Source: a virus. From it: a DNA stretch of 64,000 nucleotides. The translations under genes were made by a program, and so were the position numbers. The stretch covers positions 40,041 to 104,040 of the IMG/VR virus record IMGVR_UViG_3300044904_000056, one strand, 5' to 3'. This document shows positions 46,898 through 55,207 of the stretch, in pieces. The notes under the pieces were generated by a model. It saw only the letters and a program-made list of their open reading frames with translations, ran no database searches and was not told the DNA's origin. Every line of letters begins with the position of its first letter. Within the stretch, counting starts at the first letter, position 1.

Positions 46898-47715
46898 AAT
46901 TGTCCTTTCAAAAAATCTTCTGTAAAGTGCTCGTACCTTTTAAGGTTGTTCAAAAAGTGAGATGGCAGTCTAGGGTCTGTTGTCTCCCGCCAAATAAAGG
47001 GTGCACCGCCCCTTCTGAAAATGTCTTTTCCTAGTGCTATGTCTGCAGCGGCCTGGCTCTCACTCCTACTAAGAAACTCTGTACAGATGTCGTCAGACGA
47101 ATGAGAGAAGCTTCCTACTTTCTCACGAATCTGTTGAGCACCCCCAAAATAGCTAAAGTGCCAGCCAGCATTTTCTATTTGTTGAGAAGACGGAATGATA
47201 GCACGTGCACTCTCAGGACCCCCCAACCGTTGTATTTCTCCTACTGTTCCAGCTACAGCCTTATTCCAGCTGTCCACATATCTATTAATGCTGTAGTGGA
47301 ACATCTCTTGTTTCAGTCTAAATGTCCGTGTTATTAGCTTTGAGAGATTCTCTTTGATTGTAACAGCACGAGGGATTTCATCGCAGTCAGAGATTATGAC
47401 TACATCCTCGGGGGCGGCAACCTCAAGGATTCCTCCCATCAAAGAGTTGCGTTGATAGTACTCCCTTAGCCAACCACTATCCCTCCCAGTGAATTCTGGG
47501 GTAAGGCTTTGAAGGAGAATGTGCCGTATTTTCCCTGTGAAAGGATTGAACCGCTCCCAATTCTGGTAGAGGATTGGGGGCTTCTTTTCTGCAGAGCCGA
47601 CTCTCTCTAGTGATTCGACTATGACAAAGGTGTCTACAATAGGAGACATCTCATTCAAGCGGATTTCTAGCAAATCTAGTTCGTCAAAAAACATGAAAGC
47701 ATCAATAAGTTTCAC
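46894..47715 (-). CDS. GT17-like (beta-1,4-GlcNAc transferase-like) glycosyltransferase
   Basis: FFDELDLLEIRL, QRN, SDCDEIP, GWHFSY. Confidence 0.85.
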   Translation of the reverse strand: MKLIDAFMFFDELDLLEIRLNEMSPIVDTFVIVESLERVGSAEKKPPILYQNWERFNPFTGKIRHILLQSLTPEFTGRDSGWLREYYQRNSLMGGILEVAAPEDVVIISDCDEIPRAVTIKENLSKLITRTFRLKQEMFHYSINRYVDSWNKAVAGTVGEIQRLGGPESARAIIPSSQQIENAGWHFSYFGGAQQIREKVGSFSHSSDDICTEFLSRSESQAAADIALGKDIFRRGGAPFIWRETTDPRLPSHFLNNLKRYEHFTEDFLKGQL

Positions 47716-47723
47716 GTTTCACT

Positions 47724-48272
47724 TCACCTCTTAAACAAAACCCCAATGCCGCAATTCCGCAGAGGGTCTTCCCCGCTTTCTCCCATGTCCTGCCTTGACC
47801 GGGTATCTCTCGCCACGATTTCTACGGAGTACTTGTCCTTGCTAATCTCCAACCACACCTTACCTACCCCTGAGTTAAAGTCCACGATGTCGTGAAAACC
47901 AAGAATGGTCTCAGCATAGGGCCACCACAGCTCAAAATCTTTCCGTACAGATTCTTCAGAATGATCAGCGTCGATGAATACCGCTTGTGGGAAGGCTCCG
48001 AGAAAATCAACAGCCTCACGGACAGTTTCTTCGCTCCTACTATCTCCAGGGATGAAATACACATCCGTAGAAAGTCCTACAGGGCGGTCACCAGGCCTGT
48101 TATCAACTGTAACAATCTTTTCAATCCCCGCCTCTCTTGCAAACGCTGCTGAATACCCTTTCCAGGAGCCCAGCTCAACGTACCGATGAACTCCCAAGGC
48201 CAAGCAAAGAGCTATCCAAGTGTGATATTCCCTCCCTCTCTGGAGCATCTCGGGATGTAACTTTGGTAACAT
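47724..48272 (-). CDS. Class I SAM methyltransferase
   Basis: VELGSWKG, FIDADH, FHD. Confidence 0.8.
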   Translation of the reverse strand: MLPKLHPEMLQRGREYHTWIALCLALGVHRYVELGSWKGYSAAFAREAGIEKIVTVDNRPGDRPVGLSTDVYFIPGDSRSEETVREAVDFLGAFPQAVFIDADHSEESVRKDFELWWPYAETILGFHDIVDFNSGVGKVWLEISKDKYSVEIVARDTRSRQDMGESGEDPLRNCGIGVLFKR

Positions 48273-48274
48273 GA

Positions 48275-49195
48275 CTAGTAGCCCCTCCCCTGCTCCTTCC
48301 AGAACTCTGCAGGGTCCCAGCCGTAGTGCTCAATGAATGACTTCAAGCAGTTGTCCCAGATTCCAATAGCTAAGTCTGAATAACCAATGCTCTGGTTGTG
48401 AAGGTGAAGATGGGGGATATTTGGGACGATCACTACAGGTTCTAGCCCTTTCAATATAGCAGCTACAGGGTAATCCATATCGTAGACTAAGCCATACTTC
48501 TCATCAAATCCCCCAACTGCTTCCCAAGCCTCTATGGGAACGATCTGACCAGTTGGCCCCAGCTTCTGATGGAGGCAAGTCTTAGCAACTCCCCGGTATT
48601 GTACATACCAGCCGTCAAACTGAACCTCCCCAACGGGCTTCTCTCCCCCAAAATACCCAACAGGCTTTCCTTCAGGGAGGAGTTTTCTCCAAAACTCTTC
48701 GCTCTCCAAATCCATAATATCCCATTTCGTTGCGTGTTGGTGCCAATGACCAGGTATTCCCCTCACGCAATCTTTATGGGGTACAAGAGCTTCCATACAG
48801 CCAAGACTTACCCCAGCAGCCTTCTGAAGTCTCTCGTCAGTGTCTAGGGCTTGAAACCATTCTGAAACGTGCTCGTGATTCTCCCACAAGGGGGAAAAGA
48901 TGATGTCGTCATGGAATAAGCAGGCGTGGGTATAGCCCAGGTCCTTCATCCATCTCATTGCGGCATTGAGTGCCCCGTTGATCCAGTGATTAGTTGGGTC
49001 ATTGTAACGGAGAACTTCTAGGTTAGGCTCAGCCCTAAACCAGTCAAGAGAGGGGCTATTGTTTTCTTTCCAAGTCTTGCTCTGAATATCAAGAGCAACA
49101 TGGATTATCAGACGAGGTTCTGACCTACGAAGAGAACGAATGGCCCGGATAAGCTTCTGTCCCCCAGTGCTGGCAAACACTACCCCTACTCTCAT
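48275..49195 (-). CDS. GT2-like glycosyltransferase
   Basis: LFHDD, WEAVGGFDE, YDMD, HLHNQS. Confidence 0.7.
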   Translation of the reverse strand: MRVGVVFASTGGQKLIRAIRSLRRSEPRLIIHVALDIQSKTWKENNSPSLDWFRAEPNLEVLRYNDPTNHWINGALNAAMRWMKDLGYTHACLFHDDIIFSPLWENHEHVSEWFQALDTDERLQKAAGVSLGCMEALVPHKDCVRGIPGHWHQHATKWDIMDLESEEFWRKLLPEGKPVGYFGGEKPVGEVQFDGWYVQYRGVAKTCLHQKLGPTGQIVPIEAWEAVGGFDEKYGLVYDMDYPVAAILKGLEPVVIVPNIPHLHLHNQSIGYSDLAIGIWDNCLKSFIEHYGWDPAEFWKEQGRGY

Positions 49196-50061
49196 CGCAT
49201 ACCTCTTTCAATTATCCGCTTTGCCAACGCTTCAGTAGTCAGCTTCTCATATAGAACTTTACGGAGCCTGTTGTACATATCTTGCCAAATCCCCAGGTCC
49301 CACTGAGCCTCCGGAAACTTGCTCCACACGTCGTATATCTTCCTTGCTTCAATCAGAAGTTCCTTCGGCATATGTTCCATCGTGGTAGGTGGGCAGTTTT
49401 CTAGCCCTGCAAAATATGGAATTGCACCAGCAGCTAGAATCTCATAGTGCCGCATACAATCCCATCCGCCCTTCTTCATGGTGTACCCAAAATAGCTTTC
49501 TGTGTACTGCCGGTAGTACCAAGGCTCGTCGGTGTAGATGTAAGTACTCCGGTCACGAGGGTCTAGCTGAGACATCAACCGGATTTTATCAACAATACGG
49601 ATATTGTTGTCATGGATGATTTTCTCTCGGGGGATAGCAAACTGAATAGACTCCCTCGGCTGGTTGGAATCTGAAAATTCCCGCTTGAGATAGATTCCCT
49701 TGCTGTCTACTTCCTGCATCACGCGGCTATCATCCAGCCCGTCAACAAAGATGACTCGGGAAGGGGGATAAGCCGATACAACCTGATCGAAGAAAGATAA
49801 GTCATGGAAGATGTCCCCATAGACTACTATGTCAAAATAGCGGGTGGAAATCTTCTTCGGGATATCCGTCCTGTCTACAAACGAATCATGAGGCAACAAA
49901 CCCCATACCGTATAGCTGCCTGGTCCTGAGGTACGGTACATTGCGCTGATCCGCTGTATGTCAACGACATCAGGCCCTAGCAAGGAGCGTAGGCCGTGAA
50001 GAAGCATATCACATTGGTAGTCGTTAAACTGCCCTTGGGATATATAAAGGACTTTCGGCAT
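49192..50061 (-). CDS. Putative glycosyltransferase
   Basis: DYQCD, YLKRE, TMKKGGWDCMRHYEI. Confidence 0.65.
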   Translation of the reverse strand: MPKVLYISQGQFNDYQCDMLLHGLRSLLGPDVVDIQRISAMYRTSGPGSYTVWGLLPHDSFVDRTDIPKKISTRYFDIVVYGDIFHDLSFFDQVVSAYPPSRVIFVDGLDDSRVMQEVDSKGIYLKREFSDSNQPRESIQFAIPREKIIHDNNIRIVDKIRLMSQLDPRDRSTYIYTDEPWYYRQYTESYFGYTMKKGGWDCMRHYEILAAGAIPYFAGLENCPPTTMEHMPKELLIEARKIYDVWSKFPEAQWDLGIWQDMYNRLRKVLYEKLTTEALAKRIIERGMR

Positions 50062-50062
50062 G

Positions 50063-50953
50063 TTAGATTCCTTGCTCTTTGCAAAATTCCCCGAGTGTTT
50101 TCCCAAACTTCTTGGTGAACGCAGCTGTTACATCACCCCACAATCCAACAGAAGGATCAGCATAACCGATACTCTGATTGTGAAGGTGTAGGAAGGGACC
50201 ATCAGGGGCGTACAAGATTGGTTTGAGGTTCTTGTAAGCGCAAGCCGCAATGTAGTCGTGATCGTAATGAACCCCCCATTCCTCATCAAAGCCTCCGACA
50301 GCTTCCCACGAAGCAACAGACACAATCTGAGCTGCTGGGCCAAGACGGAAACAGCGCCCAAATTCTTGAGAGTGGCAAGCGATATATTCGACAAAGAAAG
50401 TCGGGAAATCAATCTCACCTCTGACCGGCTTTCCTCCAACATACAGCTTCTTCCACAACTCCTCACTCTCCAAGTCCATGGCATCCCACACGTGGGGAGG
50501 ATAATGCCAGTTGCCTTCCGTGTGCCGAATGTTTCCTGGATTCAGAGCAAAGGTCTCCATGTATCCGAAGGAGAGGCCAGAGGCTTCCCGAGGAGTCTCC
50601 TCAGCTGCTATCCTCTCAGCCCAGTGAGAGATGTACTCTCTGTTTTCGGGTAAGGGGGAAAAGATCAGGTCATCGTGGAACAGACAGACGTGAGTATGCT
50701 TTAGGTTCTTCATCCAGAGCATAGCGTGGTTGAGAGTCCCATTGATATGAAATTTGTTCTTGAATTCCCTCACAAACGTGTTTGTCCCGTCCACCCCTGG
50801 GAGTCTCGGGTTGGTATTCCAGGTGTTACTTGATGTATCCACAGCTACGTGAATAGGGAGTTCCGGCTCCATCCTACGAAAAGAGCGAACGGCACGGCCA
50901 ATCTTCTCCCCTCCTGTTGTCACAAATGCTACACCAACGCTCGTTTTCACCAT
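50063..50953 (-). CDS. GT2-like glycosyltransferase (paralogue of 48275..49195)
   Basis: LFHDD, WEAVGGFDE, HLHNQSIGY. Confidence 0.7.
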   Translation of the reverse strand: MVKTSVGVAFVTTGGEKIGRAVRSFRRMEPELPIHVAVDTSSNTWNTNPRLPGVDGTNTFVREFKNKFHINGTLNHAMLWMKNLKHTHVCLFHDDLIFSPLPENREYISHWAERIAAEETPREASGLSFGYMETFALNPGNIRHTEGNWHYPPHVWDAMDLESEELWKKLYVGGKPVRGEIDFPTFFVEYIACHSQEFGRCFRLGPAAQIVSVASWEAVGGFDEEWGVHYDHDYIAACAYKNLKPILYAPDGPFLHLHNQSIGYADPSVGLWGDVTAAFTKKFGKTLGEFCKEQGI

Positions 50954-51504
50954 ACGTGTTCTCCTCGAATAACAATCAATCTATCATCTTCAACATCAGG
51001 ACGGGCTGTCTCAGGCTGAACTATTTCATACCTAAAACGAAGCTGCGGGATTACCGCCTCAGGATGCCCGACATCCTCGATTACATACACCCCGTCAATA
51101 CCTAGCAAAGAAGCCAGAATGTTAGCTGTTTGAATCTGATGTTGAGGCTGGTGGGAACCATCATCTACCATAAAGTCAAAGTCAGGACCAGCCCACCCTC
51201 CCGCGTTCACGAGATCAACAGTATAGCTTTGATCACATTGGAAGAATGTCATTCTCTCTTCGTGCCGTAATCTTTCAATCCAGTTCGGATTAGACTCTAA
51301 GCCATAGATGATAGCATTTGGGAAATAGTCCCTCCACATAAAGAGGCTCCAGCCCTGGTCTATCCCCAGCTCCAAGACTTTCTTGACTGATTCCCGCCTG
51401 TCCTTAAAGAGACTGTGATAGTATGGAGTGTAGTTATGCCCCCCAGGACCTTTGTCAGTGCCGTACTTGAGAGCAAGTTTGCAAAGCTCTGTTTCTTGAG
51501 CCAT
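50947..51504 (-). CDS. Class I SAM methyltransferase (sugar O-methyltransferase-like)
   Basis: YGTDK, LELGI, DDGSH, YVIED. Confidence 0.85.
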   Translation of the reverse strand: MAQETELCKLALKYGTDKGPGGHNYTPYYHSLFKDRRESVKKVLELGIDQGWSLFMWRDYFPNAIIYGLESNPNWIERLRHEERMTFFQCDQSYTVDLVNAGGWAGPDFDFMVDDGSHQPQHQIQTANILASLLGIDGVYVIEDVGHPEAVIPQLRFRYEIVQPETARPDVEDDRLIVIRGEHVW

Positions 51505-51550
51505 CCTACCCCCTTTGTAAAGGGGTGAGTTTCCCCACCCCCTCAAAAAA

Positions 51551-52015
51551 CTAGAATTGATCTTTCAGGATGATAAATTGCGAGCCATTCAATGTAAATC
51601 TAGGGATACTACAACAGGTTGGAGGGTCTATCTCCATTTGGGGGACAACATCCGGGGATGATGTTGTAATCTCAACTGCAAAATAGTCGGTAATCCCTCC
51701 TGGGACAGTGTACTGGAAGACAGCGCGAGTCCCTGGGGGAATGGGGGTAAACGTGCCGGAGTATACCAAATTTGTAGCACAAGGAAATCCGGTACACCGC
51801 CAGATGTTAACTGTAGAGGTCTGATTATTAGGCCCCGCGTTCCAGGAGTTTATTGTAAAGGTCTCTGCAGACTGAGCAAATACAACCCCAGAGAGATAAG
51901 CATAGTTGTGAGCGGAAACAACTTGAGCCTTCACTTCCCGAACTTGGTTGAAGATTAGCCCAAAGCCCACAAGTACAAACAGCAACAGACTGATTACAGC
52001 AATTCTCTTTCTCAT
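51551..52015 (-). CDS. Secreted or membrane-anchored hypothetical protein
   Basis: N-terminal signal sequence. Confidence 0.55.
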   Translation of the reverse strand: MRKRIAVISLLLFVLVGFGLIFNQVREVKAQVVSAHNYAYLSGVVFAQSAETFTINSWNAGPNNQTSTVNIWRCTGFPCATNLVYSGTFTPIPPGTRAVFQYTVPGGITDYFAVEITTSSPDVVPQMEIDPPTCCSIPRFTLNGSQFIILKDQF

Positions 52016-52755
52016 CTTGATTCTCCTTTTCCCATAGCGAAGGTGATGATATCCCCCCGTTCATTTCCGGGACGGATATCACTTTCTTCCCTTCCCCTAT
52101 ATAGAACGCGCAACCCTAGCTTTTCAGCGAGAATGCCCAGACTAGGCTCTGTCCACAGCCACAAATGCTCCTTCGCCTTCCAATGTTTCCAAGCCCGGAG
52201 TTGCGCGTCTTCCCATAGCGGCACGACTGAGACGTTCGGAGTCACCAATATAAGTACCCCGCCGCCAGTCAGGCACGCCCGTAGGCTGGACTTGAGGCTC
52301 TCTAAGGGGTCTTCTAGGTGTTCCAAAACGTCAAACATGGTGATAATGTGGGCTTTGACGTCAGAATCGAGCATTTCAATGACTTTCGACTGGATTCTCT
52401 GCCTCGCTAAACCAGCTGCTATTTGGTTCGGCTCGAAACCCACACAATTGTAGTGCTGCTCTGCGAATCGTAGGAACTCCCCTATGCAACAGCCGATATC
52501 CAGCAGAGTCTGCCCCGGACGGAGCCAGCGGGAGACTACGCCTAGGCGGGAGAGATTCAGGGGGGTATTGACTTGAGGATTGGTTGCGTATCTAAGGTAG
52601 GTTTCAGCGTAGTCTTCCCGATAGATTGTTGAATCATAGTGATACTTTGTACGGATTGCCCCGCAGCTAATGCAACGGATGTACTCTTGGTCTTCGGGGG
52701 TTATGGTGGGATGCTTGCAAATTGGGCAGGAGATGCTGCTCCCATAGAGTTTCAC
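52012..52755 (-). CDS. Class I SAM methyltransferase with N-terminal zinc ribbon
   Basis: CPIC...CISC, LDIGC, FDVLEHL. Confidence 0.85.
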   Translation of the reverse strand: MKLYGSSISCPICKHPTITPEDQEYIRCISCGAIRTKYHYDSTIYREDYAETYLRYATNPQVNTPLNLSRLGVVSRWLRPGQTLLDIGCCIGEFLRFAEQHYNCVGFEPNQIAAGLARQRIQSKVIEMLDSDVKAHIITMFDVLEHLEDPLESLKSSLRACLTGGGVLILVTPNVSVVPLWEDAQLRAWKHWKAKEHLWLWTEPSLGILAEKLGLRVLYRGREESDIRPGNERGDIITFAMGKGESR

Positions 52756-52773
52756 TGGGCTAGTTCCCCTGAA

Positions 52774-53475
52774 TTACTGGCCGTAGGCTACTGGGAACAG
52801 CCGCTGCCCTTCAGCAATGAAGGGATTGCGGAAAGGAGTCCCGTTCTGCAGAGAACGGCGCAGACGGCGATGGCACTTCGCACGGAGCTTCTCAAATTTG
52901 ACTTCGCTCTTGCTAAGTTTGACTCCGCCCTTTTTGAGTTCTCTCTCCTGTTCCCGGCTGCCGATGATCTTGCCCCCCGGCTTCACGTCAATAGCAGTCA
53001 CTATGGCCCGGCGCATATTGCCCTTCTCGTCCATCAGGGTAGTTTCCTGAAGGACTGCTGGGCGCGGATGACGCTCCTCATAGGCCGCATAATCCTGGAG
53101 GGAAGCTTCGTACAGTTTCCGGATAGCTTCTGCGTCCTGGGGGAAGTTTGGAGGAATGCAGAGATAACCAAGCCCACTCCGGAAAAGAACTTTCCGCTTT
53201 TTCTTTGCCAAGTCAGACTCAGGATCACCGATGTCTACGCAAACTTTTGAGTCATAGTAGAACCGGGAACACGTGCCATCCTTACCAAGCTCCCGTTGGA
53301 GTGCGTCCCCATTCCAATTCGAGAAATAGCCGCCCTGTACTACAAAGGAAATCGCATCTGACGGAACTCCGAATTCAGATTTGCTCTTTGAAACCCGGTG
53401 TTCTGGGCCCTCAATGATTTGACCTTTTTCCCCCATCGTCCCTGTCCTGGAAAACAACTCTGTCTGCAACTCCAT
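52774..53475 (-). CDS. Hypothetical protein
   Basis: AGGAGG RBS, 233 aa. Confidence 0.6.
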   Translation of the reverse strand: MELQTELFSRTGTMGEKGQIIEGPEHRVSKSKSEFGVPSDAISFVVQGGYFSNWNGDALQRELGKDGTCSRFYYDSKVCVDIGDPESDLAKKKRKVLFRSGLGYLCIPPNFPQDAEAIRKLYEASLQDYAAYEERHPRPAVLQETTLMDEKGNMRRAIVTAIDVKPGGKIIGSREQERELKKGGVKLSKSEVKFEKLRAKCHRRLRRSLQNGTPFRNPFIAEGQRLFPVAYGQ

Positions 53476-53494
53476 TTGAACCCTCCTTGCATAG

Positions 53495-53522
53495 ACAAAG
53501 GGGCTTCGTTATGGAAGCCCCT
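53495..53522 (-). terminator. Terminator hairpin after the capsid gene
   Basis: AGGGGCTTC/GAAGCCCCT stem with a short T tract. Confidence 0.65.
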
Positions 53523-53549
53523 CCGTACTAAAAGAACTTGTGCAGTGCC

Positions 53550-54644
53550 TTAGATTGAACCATCGTCTCCGCAGTAAATGAACCTGCTCTCAACGATGCC
53601 CACTTCAAACCTAGAGCGAGACTTGAAGCGGTACACTTCAGAACTGAAAGAGACGCCAGATGCCGGATTCTCTTGGAGGATTTCCAGGGGATCACGGCGC
53701 TGGAACACGACTGCTTTCTTGAAGTCACCCAGATACCAGGACTTGGCCGGTAGGAACCTCGACACAAGGAGCTTGTACAGCCCCTGCAGTGGGTTGATGG
53801 TCATTGTGAACCCAGTTGTGTCTGCCGTTCCCGAAGGTACGGAAGGCTGCAACGTAGAGTTCAACAGCTTCGCAGCAACGAACTTATCGAGAGTGGAAAC
53901 CAGAATAGTATTCGGACTCACGAGGAACTTGTTCCCCAGCGGGTCCACGATACTCATCAGGTTGATATCTGCCGTTTCAAGGAAGGCCTGCGACAGCCGG
54001 TTGAAGCCCGCTGCAACAGTTGGGCGGTTGCCCTTGAATGTGCTGTAAGTTCCGCCTCCGCCAGTCCCGGTATAGCCGGTAGGAACTGTATCAGAGAAGC
54101 TCACGTCTGGATCAACGGTAACTCCCTGCAAAGTCCCACCAAGTCCGGTGACTTTCAAGATCACATAAATCTCTTCCATGATCTTGAAGTTCTCGCCCAT
54201 CTGCGAAGCCCGGTTCTTGATCTGACCTGTCTGGTCATCGTCAAAGAGTTCCCTCTCAAACGACTCGATCATACCGACCTTCACGTTGGTGAGAACACGG
54301 CTCAGGCCGACAACTGGATTGTCCTGGAATTCCTGCCCGCGGTCAACTCTCTTAGGCAGGTTCGGACGGTACAGTGGCGCATAGTATTCCTGGAAGCGGC
54401 GGGATGCAATCTCCGTCACTAGGTCAGGGTACACTACGGGCACTGTCTGGTAGCTGTTGATTGCGTAAGTCTGGATGCCAGCCCTCAGAAGCTGTCCAAA
54501 AGCAGACTCCGCATTTGCTTCACGCAGTCTCGCGGCCTGATTGTAAACAGACTCACGAAGACGGCGGAAGCTGAGTTGAGGATTCAGCCAATCAATCTTG
54601 GCCGCTGCCTCTTCCCAAATTGTTACGGGCCTTCCGTTATGCAT
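53550..54644 (-). CDS. Major capsid protein (HK97 fold, Mu gpT-like)
   Basis: KVG....ERELFDDDQTGQI, INPLQG, WYLGDFKK, YRFKSRSRF; synteny. Confidence 0.85.
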   Translation of the reverse strand: MHNGRPVTIWEEAAAKIDWLNPQLSFRRLRESVYNQAARLREANAESAFGQLLRAGIQTYAINSYQTVPVVYPDLVTEIASRRFQEYYAPLYRPNLPKRVDRGQEFQDNPVVGLSRVLTNVKVGMIESFERELFDDDQTGQIKNRASQMGENFKIMEEIYVILKVTGLGGTLQGVTVDPDVSFSDTVPTGYTGTGGGGTYSTFKGNRPTVAAGFNRLSQAFLETADINLMSIVDPLGNKFLVSPNTILVSTLDKFVAAKLLNSTLQPSVPSGTADTTGFTMTINPLQGLYKLLVSRFLPAKSWYLGDFKKAVVFQRRDPLEILQENPASGVSFSSEVYRFKSRSRFEVGIVESRFIYCGDDGSI

Positions 54645-54662
54645 GTTGTCTTCGCTCCTCTG

Positions 54663-55190
54663 TTAAATTGTCGCGAGCCTATTGTACGGCACTGATGCAA
54701 CCGCAGCGTTCTGTCCAGGAACGATTGCGATCAACAGTGGGGTTACGTGAGCAGTTGCTGAAATACCAACGGATGCGCCGGCAGTGACCGTGAAAAAGTT
54801 CTCGGGTGCGACGAAGCCGATGATGTTGTTTGCCGATGACCCTGTATGAGTGACCTCTTGAGGGTCTGCTCCAATGGTCACGGCGTCTCCTGGATAATAC
54901 GTAGCGTAGTCACCCGCTGTGAACTGAATAATCCCACGGGTGATGACGGTGATCCTAGACACGGGCAAGTTCTGCCCGAGGTTGTTGATCGGGTTCGTAT
55001 CATTCGAGACGCCAATGAAGTACTGCGCTGCCGCTTGAGAGCCGGCATCGCCTGCGACCATAGGAGTGGCAATCGCGGTAGCAACGACCCATTTCATCAT
55101 GTCACCAGAGTTGAAGCTGGTACTTAGATTGACAGGTACGCCACTGACCCGCTCTTTTTCAACCTTAACGTTATTTAACGGCTGACTCAC
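54663..55190 (-). CDS. Capsid decoration/cement protein
   Basis: GD...FIGVS...RG...PGD pattern, between scaffold and capsid genes. Confidence 0.65.
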   Translation of the reverse strand: MSQPLNNVKVEKERVSGVPVNLSTSFNSGDMMKWVVATAIATPMVAGDAGSQAAAQYFIGVSNDTNPINNLGQNLPVSRITVITRGIIQFTAGDYATYYPGDAVTIGADPQEVTHTGSSANNIIGFVAPENFFTVTAGASVGISATAHVTPLLIAIVPGQNAAVASVPYNRLATI

Positions 55191-55207
55191 TTGTCATCTC
55201 CTGACTG

